The notes under the pieces: model-generated | Databases searched by the model: none | What the model was told of the DNA's origin: nothing | Seen by the model: only the letters and a program-made list of their open reading frames with translations | Position numbers and translations under genes: made by a program | DNA from: Pseudomonas phage sp. 30-2 | Strand: one strand, 5' to 3' | Length of the DNA: 64,000 nucleotides | Sequence record: LC727697.1 | Part shown: in pieces, positions 54,440-64,000 of the stretch | Numbering within the stretch: the stretch's first letter is position 1 | Layout of the letters: each line of letters begins with the position of its first letter

Positions 54440-55462
54440 TTAACGCATTTTCTTTAATCCGGGACTATATTGATTCTGATACATAGTCATTACCCTAGTA
54501 GCAGACGTTTCGCCGGTCCTTGCGTATGCGATGTGTATCCAAGGCATGTTGCCATGCTCCCATATAAGTTGTTTGTACGGGACATTATCTTTTACCCACA
54601 AAACCATTTGCCATAATTGATCATACGACTTTCCTGGCCATTGTAAATCGGCAGCAAAACCCTTTTCGTGATCAGACTTACCGTTTTGTACATTCCTGAA
54701 ACCGGAATTTATTCTAGCTCCCGGATATTGTGCTATAATAGGTTCTAAGCAATGCTCTGCTAAACTTTTAAGATTACATACTATTTCATTTACAGTTAGA
54801 CCACGTTGTGCTTTTATAGCATGAGGAAATGTGGCTTTTATAGATAAATCCCCTATTGTAAAATTAGGACTTAATCTAATAGAATAATCTATGCTACCTG
54901 TTATGACCGGACATTCAGTGGGTATCGGTGGACGTGCCGGGGGAATATTATTATTTTCATCTACAGGAGGTTTAGATATGGGCGGCGGTGGTGTTGTTTG
55001 GGGTAGGGGAGGATAATGTCCTCCCCCTGAATTTGTTTCATATTCGTCTGCAATAGGATCGCCTTCCTGATAATCTAAAGGACCGCAAGGAAGAATTCCT
55101 ACTGCGTTGATATATTCATTCTGGTCTTTAGGTAATATTACATCATCTACTATTATAGGATCAGTGTTGCCGTTATTAATAAAAACGTTAGGACTACCCT
55201 GAGCTGCCAACGAAGTGCAACCGACTAAATCGCCTAGCCTAGCAGCAGGAAGATTATTTACCCAGACGTTAGGGGATCCTACTGCCATCGTACTATTGTG
55301 ACAGGACCCGGCGGGACTGCAATGCACATCCCACTTATCTGTTACTCGGTGTTCTGGCAAATTATTCACGAATACGTTAGGACTACCCTGAACATTCGGG
55401 CGCGGCGGATATCCAATTTGATGACCGCTACATATATCCCCTAATCTTACTGCTTCTGGCAT
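54440..55462 (-). CDS. PAAR-repeat spike-tip domain fused via a Pro-rich linker to a peptidase-M15 (VanY / L-alanyl-D-glutamate peptidase-like) cell-wall hydrolase.
   Basis: N-terminus: AVRLGD...GSPNVFVNNLPEHRVTD...GSPNVWVNNLPAARLGD...GSPNVFINN (literal PAAR repeats). Linker PPLPQTTPPPPISKPP. C-terminus: INSGFRN...SDHEKGFAADL...WIHIAY (M15 SxHxxGxAxD and terminal His). Confidence 0.7.
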   Translation of the reverse strand: MPEAVRLGDICSGHQIGYPPRPNVQGSPNVFVNNLPEHRVTDKWDVHCSPAGSCHNSTMAVGSPNVWVNNLPAARLGDLVGCTSLAAQGSPNVFINNGNTDPIIVDDVILPKDQNEYINAVGILPCGPLDYQEGDPIADEYETNSGGGHYPPLPQTTPPPPISKPPVDENNNIPPARPPIPTECPVITGSIDYSIRLSPNFTIGDLSIKATFPHAIKAQRGLTVNEIVCNLKSLAEHCLEPIIAQYPGARINSGFRNVQNGKSDHEKGFAADLQWPGKSYDQLWQMVLWVKDNVPYKQLIWEHGNMPWIHIAYARTGETSATRVMTMYQNQYSPGLKKMR

Positions 55463-55486
55463 ATGAACTCCTGTATTTTAATTTAT

Positions 55487-56626
55487 TTAGTCTAAACTAA
55501 ATCCTGTATTATAAATTTCAGAAATATCATTTTTTACTCCGCCCTGAGTATACGAAGTAATTTCCTCTTCTTGCGGCGCTACTTGGGTTGTTTTAGAACC
55601 AATCCAATGCTCTGTCCACGGAAGTGGATTACTAGCATGTTTGTATATTTTTTGCATACCTAATGCATGCAAACGTCTATCTGCAATAAACTCAACATAC
55701 TGTTTTAGTATGGCAGACGATAAACCTACGATAGAACCATCTTTAAACAAATAATCTGCCCATTCACGTTCTTGTTGAACAGCTTCTTCATACATAGCAT
55801 AAACCTCATCTTTGCAATTTTCTGCAATTTGTTTCCATGCTTCGCCTTCTGAGCCATCTGCAAACTTTTTAAGAATAGTAGTAGTAACTGCCAAGTGTAC
55901 GTTTTCGTCTCTGCAAATCATTTTAATTATTTTTGCAGATTTATTCATTAATTTTAACGATTCACTATATGCCCACGTACATGCAAACGAAACATAAAAT
56001 CTGACACCTTCTAGTATGTTTATGGCTACCATCATTTTATAGAATAATGTCATTAATTTTTTCGGATTTATATCTATTTCTTTACCGTTTACAATATGAT
56101 TACCATAACCTAGCATATTGTACCAATTACCATATTCTATAAACTCGTCATAGTATTTTGTAACTGCACTGGCACGTTCGATGATGGGTTCTATTTTTAC
56201 TACATTATCTAACACATCTTTTGGATCATGATACACATTCCTAATTAAGTGAGAATAACTTCTCGAATGTATACTTTCCATAAAAGTCCATGCAAGAATA
56301 AATCCTTCTAACTCCGGAATAGACACAAACGGAGTAAGTGCAATATTAGGTGCTCTACCCTGAACAGAATCTAGCAAAATCTGATAACTGAGATTTGATG
56401 TAAAAATATGTTTGCCGGCTGCGTCTAATTTGCGATGAAAATCATCTTTATCTTGATCCATTGCTATTTCTTCTGGTACCCAGAAGAAACCTATCTGTTT
56501 TCTAGTTTGCTTTTCGAAAAATGAATATTTTTGTCTATCAAACCTAGATACGTTTATTGGCCGACCGAAGAACATAGCTTCTTTAGTAGCATCAAACTGT
56601 TCTGGTTCAAATGTTTTAAATTTCAT
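55487..56626 (-). CDS. nrdB: Ribonucleotide reductase class I beta subunit.
   Basis: Di-iron/radical-site motifs (EEIAMDQDKDDF, ILEGVRFYVSFA, DENVHL). 379 aa. Confidence 0.85.
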   Translation of the reverse strand: MKFKTFEPEQFDATKEAMFFGRPINVSRFDRQKYSFFEKQTRKQIGFFWVPEEIAMDQDKDDFHRKLDAAGKHIFTSNLSYQILLDSVQGRAPNIALTPFVSIPELEGFILAWTFMESIHSRSYSHLIRNVYHDPKDVLDNVVKIEPIIERASAVTKYYDEFIEYGNWYNMLGYGNHIVNGKEIDINPKKLMTLFYKMMVAINILEGVRFYVSFACTWAYSESLKLMNKSAKIIKMICRDENVHLAVTTTILKKFADGSEGEAWKQIAENCKDEVYAMYEEAVQQEREWADYLFKDGSIVGLSSAILKQYVEFIADRRLHALGMQKIYKHASNPLPWTEHWIGSKTTQVAPQEEEITSYTQGGVKNDISEIYNTGFSLD

Positions 56627-56650
56627 GTATGTTATCCTTATATTGTGTGT

Positions 56651-56677
56651 AATAAAGGGAACAATGTTCCCTTTTTA
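56651..56677 (-). terminator. Terminator downstream of nrdA.
   Basis: aaagggaaca-atg-ttccctttt(t). Confidence 0.7.
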
Positions 56678-56679
56678 TA

Positions 56680-58965
56680 TTATATTTTGCAAGAATCGCA
56701 ATCTTCTTCGTCAGCAATAGCAGATGAAATATCAGCCTCTACGTCGTCTGTTTGACCATCGTATGTATTATGGTAATAAAGTGTTTTTAAACCCATTTTA
56801 TATGCATATAGCAGATCTTTGATCATTACTGATTTCGGAATTTCATCATTCTCGTAGTGTTCTGGATTATAAAATGTATTTGTAGAAATTGCCTGATCTA
56901 GATATTTCTGTGCAACTGCTACTAGATTTAAATAACCAGTACAACTCTTCATATCCCATAACAGTTCGTATCTATTCTTTAGTTTAGGGAATCCAGGTAC
57001 CACTTGCTTAAGTCTACCTTCGCCCGATCCTTTTACACTAATAAATGCTCTGGGCGGTTCTATGCCATTAGTTGCATTACTTATTTGCGCAGATGTCTCC
57101 GATGGCATAAAACTAGATAAATTACTATTATACATGCCATATTGTGCTACTTGTTCTCTCAGTTCATCCCATGGCATTCTTTGTACATTTTTAACTAATT
57201 GGTCTACACTTGTTTTATAAGTATCTATAGGGAAAATATTCCTGCTATATTTTATATTATCCCATCCCGGTATTGTAGCATTTTTTTCTTTTGCTATATC
57301 CGAACTAGCTTTAATTAAATAATACTGGAATGCTTCCATTAACTCATCCCATGCTTCTAATCCGCTGTTATCAGTATATTTGAAATTATTTTTAGCTAAC
57401 CAATATGCAAGATTAATAACTCCTATTCCCAACGGACGATATTTAAGTGTAGAATTTTTTGCGGCAGGAATCGGATAATTTTGATAATCTAGTAACTCGT
57501 TTAAACCTCTCACTAATATTTCGGCAGGTCGTTGCAAATCTTCTTTTTTCTTAACTAAACCTAAATTAATTGCTGCAAGTGTACATAACGCTATTTCACC
57601 TTCTTCATCATATACATGTTTAAGAGGTTTAGTTGCAAGTGTAATTTCGGTACACAAATTTGTCATTTTAATCGGTGCAAATTCGGGAATAAATGCACCA
57701 TGATCATTTGCATGATCAATATTCATTAAATATATACGGCCAGTTTCTTTTCGTTCTGTTATAAACTTATCAAATAGTTCTTCAGCACTAATAGTATGCT
57801 TAATAATTCCCTTAGTATTTTCGTATTTTACATAAAGACGTTCAAATTCTTTTTGATCATCATAAAACGCTTTTTGTAAATCAGGCACTTCGTTCGGACT
57901 GAATAATGTTATATTACCATTTTCTAACAATCTAGAATATGCAAATCTGTTAAACAGTATGCAATAATCCATGTGTCTGACCGAATTCTCTTCAGTTCCT
58001 TTATTATTTTTAAGATTAAGAATTGTTTCAATTTCTAGATGCCAGTAGGGAGCAGAAAGTGTAGCGGCGCCGCCTCGTACGCCGCCTTGAGAACAAGATT
58101 TAACAGCAGCCTGGAACATTCTATAAAACGGAGTTACGCCAGTATGTTTTGTATCACCATTTCTTATCTTTGCCCCTAATGCACGTATATGACCGCCGTG
58201 TATGCCTATCCCTGCCTTTTGACTAATATATTTAACAATAGAACTAGTTGTAGCATTTATGGAATCTAAGCTATCATCAGTTTCGATTAATACACATGAA
58301 CTAAATTGTTTTACAGAGGTTCTAAGACCTGCCATAATAGGTGTTGGCAAGGAAATTACACCAGTACTTAATAAATCATAACATTCTTTTACTATAGCAA
58401 CTCGTTCTTTTCCTGTATATTTATGGAACATAGTTGCTGCAACTAAAAGATTTAGGTATTGAGGGGTTTCAAATACTTTCTTAGTAACTCTATCTTGAAC
58501 TAAATATTTTCCACGAAATTGTTCCATACCTGCATAGGCATGGTTAAAATCCCTCGAATGATCTATTACATTATCGAAATGATCCCATTCTTCCTTTGTA
58601 TACCAATCTAACAACTCTTTTGTATAATATCCTAATTTGATATTTCTTTGTACTAAATCATAAACAGGAATGGTATCATACTGACCTAATGCTTCTTTTC
58701 TAATTTGAAACAGTCGAAGCCTTGCTGCAACCCATTGGTAATTAGGACTTTCTTCAGAAATTAATTCATGTGCAGCAGCAATTAAAATTTCATGAATAGT
58801 ATCAGTTGTGATGCCGGGGTATAATTGCAATTGTGCCTTCATTTCTAAATGAGACACAGATACACCTGTTAGACCCTCGGTTGCCCAATATAAAATTTTA
58901 TGAATTTTTTCTGGATCAAATTCTTCTTTGGTACCGTCACGTTTAATAACAAAAATCCCTTTCAT
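56680..58965 (-). CDS. nrdA: Ribonucleotide reductase class I alpha subunit.
   Basis: N-terminal ATP-cone (VIKRDGTKEEFDPEKI). Active site NLCTEI. C-terminal CDSCKI redox pair. 761 aa. Confidence 0.85.
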   Translation of the reverse strand: MKGIFVIKRDGTKEEFDPEKIHKILYWATEGLTGVSVSHLEMKAQLQLYPGITTDTIHEILIAAAHELISEESPNYQWVAARLRLFQIRKEALGQYDTIPVYDLVQRNIKLGYYTKELLDWYTKEEWDHFDNVIDHSRDFNHAYAGMEQFRGKYLVQDRVTKKVFETPQYLNLLVAATMFHKYTGKERVAIVKECYDLLSTGVISLPTPIMAGLRTSVKQFSSCVLIETDDSLDSINATTSSIVKYISQKAGIGIHGGHIRALGAKIRNGDTKHTGVTPFYRMFQAAVKSCSQGGVRGGAATLSAPYWHLEIETILNLKNNKGTEENSVRHMDYCILFNRFAYSRLLENGNITLFSPNEVPDLQKAFYDDQKEFERLYVKYENTKGIIKHTISAEELFDKFITERKETGRIYLMNIDHANDHGAFIPEFAPIKMTNLCTEITLATKPLKHVYDEEGEIALCTLAAINLGLVKKKEDLQRPAEILVRGLNELLDYQNYPIPAAKNSTLKYRPLGIGVINLAYWLAKNNFKYTDNSGLEAWDELMEAFQYYLIKASSDIAKEKNATIPGWDNIKYSRNIFPIDTYKTSVDQLVKNVQRMPWDELREQVAQYGMYNSNLSSFMPSETSAQISNATNGIEPPRAFISVKGSGEGRLKQVVPGFPKLKNRYELLWDMKSCTGYLNLVAVAQKYLDQAISTNTFYNPEHYENDEIPKSVMIKDLLYAYKMGLKTLYYHNTYDGQTDDVEADISSAIADEEDCDSCKI

Positions 58966-58973
58966 ATATTTCC

Positions 58974-59408
58974 TTAGTTTAGTTCTCTTATGTGTTCTTT
59001 ACTGTAAATGTCTATTACAGTTATATTTGTTAGATTATTTAATTCTATTACATCTCTCGGATAATAATTTAATACCATACCATCTACAACAGGTACCATA
59101 AATCTTTGTTCTGTATCATCTATAACATACATTTTAATATTTGCATCAGGGAATACAGAAATAACAGTGTAGTACATCATTAATGATATAGAATTTTCAC
59201 AAAATTTAATATCAGCAAGAATGTCCCACGGATCTGGCCAAGTATTAGGATTATAAAAATCAATGGTTCTAGGTCCTAATGGCATATCTGCAAAAAAGTT
59301 TGCAATTTCTAGTAATGCTTGATTAATGGGTAGAGTTTTTAAGGAGAGTCTATGCTGTCTCCAGGCAGCAATCCGTTTATCTGCCCGGAGATTATTCCAA
59401 TCTGTCAT
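58974..59408 (-). CDS. Hypothetical protein (144 aa).
   Basis: ORF only. Confidence 0.4.
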   Translation of the reverse strand: MTDWNNLRADKRIAAWRQHRLSLKTLPINQALLEIANFFADMPLGPRTIDFYNPNTWPDPWDILADIKFCENSISLMMYYTVISVFPDANIKMYVIDDTEQRFMVPVVDGMVLNYYPRDVIELNNLTNITVIDIYSKEHIRELN

Positions 59409-59424
59409 TTATTATTTCTATTTG

Positions 59425-60624
59425 TTAATTCTGAACTGATTCGTTATCCCACGAAATCCAACGCTTTGTAGTTAATTTAAGAAGTACCCTCGACGGAAAA
59501 TTATGCCTGTATGTTATATTTACTGTGTTAGGTGCTACATATTCTCCACTAAAATCTACATCAGCGTCGTATCCCACCGAAGATCTATGCTCAACAGATG
59601 TGTCTGAAACAACTACAGTTTCTGATCCTTTAGATAAAATAATATTTAATGTTCCGGTTTGAACAAACCTGCCATCGCTGCCCATAACTGGGCCTTGCAT
59701 GTCATCAAAACTTATAGAATAATCTATATTAAATGTATCAGATACCGAACCATCAAACGTCATTGGACTAGTTTCGTAGTTACCGCCGTTTATTATATCT
59801 ATAGTTTTTACTAAAGTAAACGAATTAGAAGGCTCTAATTCGTATGTTATAGGACTATTTACTATTACATCTGTACTACTAGTAGTTTTAAAGTATTCTG
59901 TTAGTATTTCTACGTTTTGTTTTGTAGTTACATATGCTTTGTCACTGTCTGTAGTAATATATTCATTTATTAATACACTTAAACTAGCAGATTCGTATAC
60001 AGTATCAGTAAATAATATCCCTGCGTCCATTACTATACCGTTATTGTATGCAGAGTTTACAGTATTATCTATAATATACGAATTGTTAGCTATAGTTGTC
60101 AGATTAAACGAATCAGGCGGTTGGCATCCTGCAAAAAATTTAAACGTATACTGATCAGAGGAATCAATAGTCCACGAATACATCAATGTATATCTAATAT
60201 CAGAGGCGCTACCTGTTGACTGGAGTACAGACGTCTTAACACTACGAATAATCTCTATATTTCGTTCGTATTCATTAATGCTTTCTCTGTTAGTATCAGA
60301 AACATAATATAGCTGCGGGAATTTAGCCAATTCTGCTAGATTTTGCTTTTCAGCATCAGTTAATGTAGTTGGCTCCGATACAAAAGTAAAAATATTGTGT
60401 AATAACGTTTGGTTAACTAAATCTTGGGATCCAAGAGGTTCTCCCCTAAACAATTCAACGGCTGCTACTGCATCTTCGTCAGACACGCCAATAAATAATT
60501 GCTTAGTATCCATACACCAACCGAGTTCTCCCGGTCTTAGTGGTTGCGGCAAGTTAACACGACGACCTCTTCTGTTTTCTATTCGTGCTACTATTATATC
60601 TTGTGTTAAATACGGATCGGCCAT
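59425..60624 (-). CDS. Hypothetical protein (399 aa).
   Basis: ORF only. Confidence 0.45.
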   Translation of the reverse strand: MADPYLTQDIIVARIENRRGRRVNLPQPLRPGELGWCMDTKQLFIGVSDEDAVAAVELFRGEPLGSQDLVNQTLLHNIFTFVSEPTTLTDAEKQNLAELAKFPQLYYVSDTNRESINEYERNIEIIRSVKTSVLQSTGSASDIRYTLMYSWTIDSSDQYTFKFFAGCQPPDSFNLTTIANNSYIIDNTVNSAYNNGIVMDAGILFTDTVYESASLSVLINEYITTDSDKAYVTTKQNVEILTEYFKTTSSTDVIVNSPITYELEPSNSFTLVKTIDIINGGNYETSPMTFDGSVSDTFNIDYSISFDDMQGPVMGSDGRFVQTGTLNIILSKGSETVVVSDTSVEHRSSVGYDADVDFSGEYVAPNTVNITYRHNFPSRVLLKLTTKRWISWDNESVQN

Positions 60625-60655
60625 GCTAAAAATTCCATTTTATTTTGTATTATAT

Positions 60656-61321
60656 TTATGCCAATACTACTTCAGTATAATATCTCATAACATCATCAAA
60701 CCACATATTCTTATATTCAGAATATTCATCTGCTTCTATAATAAATTCCTGAAACATTCCTGTTTGTGTTGCCATAAGTATAACACCAGTAGTTATATTA
60801 GTTCCATACATGATGTTGTGAGCTTCTGCATATGCAACTAATTGCTTAAAATAATTTTCAATCCATTCTTTTTTCCTAACATTTCTTGCATTTTTAAAAT
60901 CTATTATTGATTCTCTATCCTTATATACACCAACTAAGTCTGTAGTACCTGCATATAATTCAGGATAATATAATGGGACTTCAGTACCCCATGCTTCTGA
61001 TAGATGTTTCAGTCCGTTCTGTTTAATTAAACCAAACATCATTTTAGCCATAGGATTTCCGTTAATTTCGGAACTACCGTTAAGAAAATTTTCTAAGTTT
61101 TGGTGCAAATGCGTTCCTGTGTATGAAGACGACTCTGTTATTTTAGCTGCGTTTTCTTCACCTTCCCTTTCACGCCAATCAGTTAGAAATGACTTATCGG
61201 TAACAAAATCTAATATAGTAGTAACAGAAGGCAATAATTTTCCGTCTGGTGTTTTGTATTTTCTACCTGCCGGAGAATCTACACGATCGCAAAAAGTATA
61301 ATTGAATTTTTGTATTAACAT
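60656..61321 (-). CDS. Putative PD-(D/E)xK-family nuclease.
   Basis: GTTDLVGVYKDRESIIDFKNARN contains a D...(D/E)xK-like arrangement (D..IIDFK). Tentative. Confidence 0.35.
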   Translation of the reverse strand: MLIQKFNYTFCDRVDSPAGRKYKTPDGKLLPSVTTILDFVTDKSFLTDWREREGEENAAKITESSSYTGTHLHQNLENFLNGSSEINGNPMAKMMFGLIKQNGLKHLSEAWGTEVPLYYPELYAGTTDLVGVYKDRESIIDFKNARNVRKKEWIENYFKQLVAYAEAHNIMYGTNITTGVILMATQTGMFQEFIIEADEYSEYKNMWFDDVMRYYTEVVLA

Positions 61322-61384
61322 AGCCTGTATTATAATATAAGGCTATAAATATGTCAAGAACAGACAATGAAAATTAGTGGTATA

Positions 61385-61720
61385 TTACCAAGTAATATAC
61401 CACTGAAGGCTAGATTGAGTGTTAGGATTTAACTGAAGTTTGATTACATATCCCAAATCAGTAAAGTATTGTGTTATGAATTCGAACTGATCAGTGATGG
61501 CCCTATCTGTTTTTTGTTTCATAAATACTTTATAGTAATCTTTATCGGGTGTGTCATTAGTTATAGGTGTACCCGATTTAACATAGACGCTTAGTTGCTT
61601 CATGTCTATTGCTGTTAGTATTGCTTGCTGAATTCCGCATATTTCTGTAAAGATAGTTTTATTATCTCTACTCATTATCCTTGCATCTTCAGCACGTATA
61701 AATCCAGATCCACAACTCAT
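61385..61720 (-). CDS. Hypothetical protein.
   Basis: ORF only. Confidence 0.4.
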   Translation of the reverse strand: MSCGSGFIRAEDARIMSRDNKTIFTEICGIQQAILTAIDMKQLSVYVKSGTPITNDTPDKDYYKVFMKQKTDRAITDQFEFITQYFTDLGYVIKLQLNPNTQSSLQWYITW

Positions 61721-62034
61721 TATTTTAGATCCTGCATAGCTAATTTAGATACTTCTTTAGAAAACTTATCATCTTCTTTGTCAGTAATATCTGTTGTGTT
61801 ACCTATTGTTATGACTTGCCCATTTACACTAGTAATGCCGGGTACATTTTCTAATTGAGAAACAACTTGATCAGGTGTAACAGAATAACCCATAGAAATT
61901 AATTTGTCTGTTACCCTTTTTGTACTAATAGTGGACAAACCGGCAGCTTTTGCTGCCGTTATAATATCAAACAAAGAACTTTCTAGTCTATCTACATATT
62001 CGTCTGATTCGACTAATATATCTTTAATCTTCAC
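61720..62034 (-). CDS. Hypothetical protein.
   Basis: ORF only. Confidence 0.4.
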   Translation of the reverse strand: MKIKDILVESDEYVDRLESSLFDIITAAKAAGLSTISTKRVTDKLISMGYSVTPDQVVSQLENVPGITSVNGQVITIGNTTDITDKEDDKFSKEVSKLAMQDLK

Positions 62035-63222
62035 TTATTGTTTCCTAGAAGATTTCAATTTATCTATAGATGCCTGTAATGAAACTAAACTTTCAGATAA
62101 TTTTTTTAGTTTATTACTTCTTGTTGAGTTAGATTCTTTCATGGAACGACCTAACGGTTCTTCAGTGTCGGCTGCACCGAAATTATCCTCTATTCCCAGT
62201 CCTAAATCGTCGCCTATTTCTAGTTGATCATCCATATCGACATCAGTGCCAGCAGTTTCTATTCCATCCATATCGGTATATGTACTTCCAGTAGAAAGCA
62301 TATCTACTGCATTATCGATGCGGTCTTTTGTACTGCGTAAGGTGTCTACTATACTATTGAAATCAGCAAGTAATTCTGACTGGAATCTATTTGCTGTAGC
62401 GGCGCCGTAAGTTTGACGCATTTGATCAGATACTGCACCTAAGTCTTCGTTCATAAGTCTGCCTAACTTTTCTACCATAGTTTGCAGTTCTTGACCGAAA
62501 CCTTTAGCAGCAATAACTACTTCTGCTTGTTCTACTTCGTTTTCATTTAATTTTCTAGATTCTTTCACTGAAATACCTTTAGTTAGGCTGGGATGTTTGT
62601 ATATTTCACGACCATGGCGTTCAAAGTCTGCTCGGTCGCCGTATGGCTCTAATTCTAAATCAGCCAATTTACTTCCTTTTTGTTTCAATAATTCGTTTGC
62701 TGCATCTCGTTGAGATTGCGATACAGTTGACCAATCATACGAATCAGTTAACATAGTATCATCTGAGTTAGAATTTAAATAATGTTCTAATCTAGCTCTT
62801 AAATCTAATGCTATATCGTCATCTTTAAATCTGTATGAACTAGAACGATACGAATTTAATGTGGATCTCATAGCATCGTCTATGTCATCGCCTTGTTTTA
62901 ATAAATTTACTGCATCTTTAAATAGAGTAGATAATACATTATTATATGATGCCGAATCTACCCTACCATCTACTGATCTATGCATTTCTAACAAAGTATC
63001 AATGCCTTCTTTCATTAAAATGCATTTAGCATGCTCGGGTGACGATGCAGAAATATTATTGATTCTATTATTAATAATTGATTTTACAACAGATTCTTTG
63101 AGTTTTTCTAGTTCTTCGACAGACGCCGACTCAGATAATGATACACCGTAACTCGATTTTAACATCGAATTTATTTTCTTAAATTTTTTTGATTCTGTAA
63201 TTTTAACGTCTTTCAAAAACAT
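62035..63222 (-). CDS. Hypothetical acidic protein (395 aa).
   Basis: ORF only. Asp/Glu-rich. Confidence 0.45.
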   Translation of the reverse strand: MFLKDVKITESKKFKKINSMLKSSYGVSLSESASVEELEKLKESVVKSIINNRINNISASSPEHAKCILMKEGIDTLLEMHRSVDGRVDSASYNNVLSTLFKDAVNLLKQGDDIDDAMRSTLNSYRSSSYRFKDDDIALDLRARLEHYLNSNSDDTMLTDSYDWSTVSQSQRDAANELLKQKGSKLADLELEPYGDRADFERHGREIYKHPSLTKGISVKESRKLNENEVEQAEVVIAAKGFGQELQTMVEKLGRLMNEDLGAVSDQMRQTYGAATANRFQSELLADFNSIVDTLRSTKDRIDNAVDMLSTGSTYTDMDGIETAGTDVDMDDQLEIGDDLGLGIEDNFGAADTEEPLGRSMKESNSTRSNKLKKLSESLVSLQASIDKLKSSRKQ

Positions 63223-63258
63223 AGCTAAATTACCTTATAATTTTGTATATATTTATCA

Positions 63259-63714
63259 TTATTTATTAGATAACCTAAAGGATCTAATTGCGCGCTTTAG
63301 CTTAACTATGTTGTGTTTAGCAACAGAAATTCTGTCATCATACATACAAGTATCTTCTAAATTAGCAAATCGTTTAGAATACGAATAATGAACTATATCA
63401 TTTAAATGTTTTGTGTAACTAGATTCCCAATTTAGAACTTTTCTTTTTCCGTTTATTAAATTCTTTTCCATACACATAGCATAGCAGTATGCCGTACTGT
63501 ATAAGTTAAAAGAAATGTTTTCTTTTCTTGCTGTATCGGAATTAACTATTATCCACTTATCATTTTTATATTTAATTACATAACTACCATATACAGATTC
63601 ATTCTTTTTATCTGCTAATAATTCTAACTCATCTTCATTTAATGATAGTATAGTAGATGATATTACTTCATCAAATGTCTCTAATATTTTCTTTTTGTTT
63701 ATTTTTTTAGGCAT
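63259..63714 (-). CDS. Hypothetical protein (151 aa).
   Basis: ORF only. Confidence 0.4.
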   Translation of the reverse strand: MPKKINKKKILETFDEVISSTILSLNEDELELLADKKNESVYGSYVIKYKNDKWIIVNSDTARKENISFNLYSTAYCYAMCMEKNLINGKRKVLNWESSYTKHLNDIVHYSYSKRFANLEDTCMYDDRISVAKHNIVKLKRAIRSFRLSNK

Positions 63715-63715
63715 A

Positions 63716-64000
63716 TTACTTTTTTGGTTTGGGACCGGGCTTTTTAGGTTTCTTATGTCTACGTTTTATTTCACCTAATGGAGTTACTACACCACTTATA
63801 GCAGCAGATGACATAAATGATGATTCATCTACAGCCGAATCATTAGATATACCGGCTAATTTTTTTATACGATCGATTTCTTTTGTTGCATCGTCTGCAG
63901 ACATGTTAGGAGTAACCGGAATTATACTATCGCCCGATTGAACAATCGAACCGCCGTCGGAAGTATTAATAGTAATAGTATTGCCTGCTATTGTTTTATT
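63716..64000 (-). CDS. Hypothetical protein with a basic C-terminus (KRRHKKPKKPGPKPKK). The reading frame stays open upstream to the window end, so it is probably 5'-partial.
   Basis: Manual check shows the frame upstream of the annotated ATG (63904) continues without a stop to position 64000. Confidence 0.4.
   Translation of the reverse strand, partial: NKTIAGNTITINTSDGGSIVQSGDSIIPVTPNMSADDATKEIDRIKKLAGISNDSAVDESSFMSSAAISGVVTPLGEIKRRHKKPKKPGPKPKK

Noticed and set aside
1-64000. tRNA genes, rRNA and CRISPR arrays.
   Set aside because: I found no T-loop-like GGTTCGAAT/GTTCAAATC signatures or cloverleaf candidates in the few non-coding gaps. All repeats found are in-frame coding repeats or terminator palindromes, not repeat-spacer arrays.
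1-64000. Alternative genetic code (stop-codon reassignment as in Lak-type megaphages).
   Set aside because: Long ORFs with good homology terminate normally and fill the sequence at standard density under code 11.

Overview
This 64-kb window reads as a segment of an AT-rich T4-like myovirus genome, with background GC roughly 30-35% by eye. Its DNA polymerase is clearly T4 gp43-like, and the gene content resembles marine cyano-/pelagi-myophages. About 78 protein-coding genes are packed almost entirely on the minus strand, with three small plus-strand islands. I found no tRNA, rRNA or CRISPR array.

From start to end the window contains:
1. A fractured gp43 DNA polymerase. The N-terminal extein runs through the YGDTDS motif and is fused to a canonical split-intein N-fragment. 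The intein stop overlaps the start of a free-standing homing-endonuclease-like ORF that runs off the window start.
2. A roughly 20-kb block of very large, repeat-rich fiber/structural genes. It includes a 2236-aa protein, a 1006-aa protein and an 894-aa protein carrying 43-aa tandem repeats. Interspersed are a double LamG protein, a Kelch propeller, an HxGH nucleotidyltransferase and a small 2-TM protein.
3. A scattered but complete-looking proteostasis toolkit: ClpA, a J-domain protein, a GroES-like protein, ClpP, FtsH with an adjacent polytopic membrane protein, ClpS, an Hsp20-type small heat-shock protein and ClpX. A ribosomal protein S21 gene overlaps the ClpX start.
4. Replication and nucleotide genes: PhoH, a HAD phosphatase, the gp44 clamp loader, MazG, dCMP deaminase, a DnaQ-like exonuclease, an ATP-dependent DNA ligase, thymidylate synthase, NrdA/NrdB, plus FolE and two QueD/PTPS paralogs.
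5. A PAAR-domain protein fused to an M15 peptidoglycan peptidase, a truncated DnaE (Pol III alpha) palm fragment, an Fe/Mn superoxide dismutase, a three-member small-protein family with a conserved WCxEN motif, and several GC-rich islands that look like recent host-derived acquisitions.
6. Many perfect palindromic hairpins flanked by A- and T-runs, which I read as bidirectional terminators, and at least one consensus sigma70-type promoter.

All functional calls come from motif-level recognition in the supplied translations. No database search was possible.
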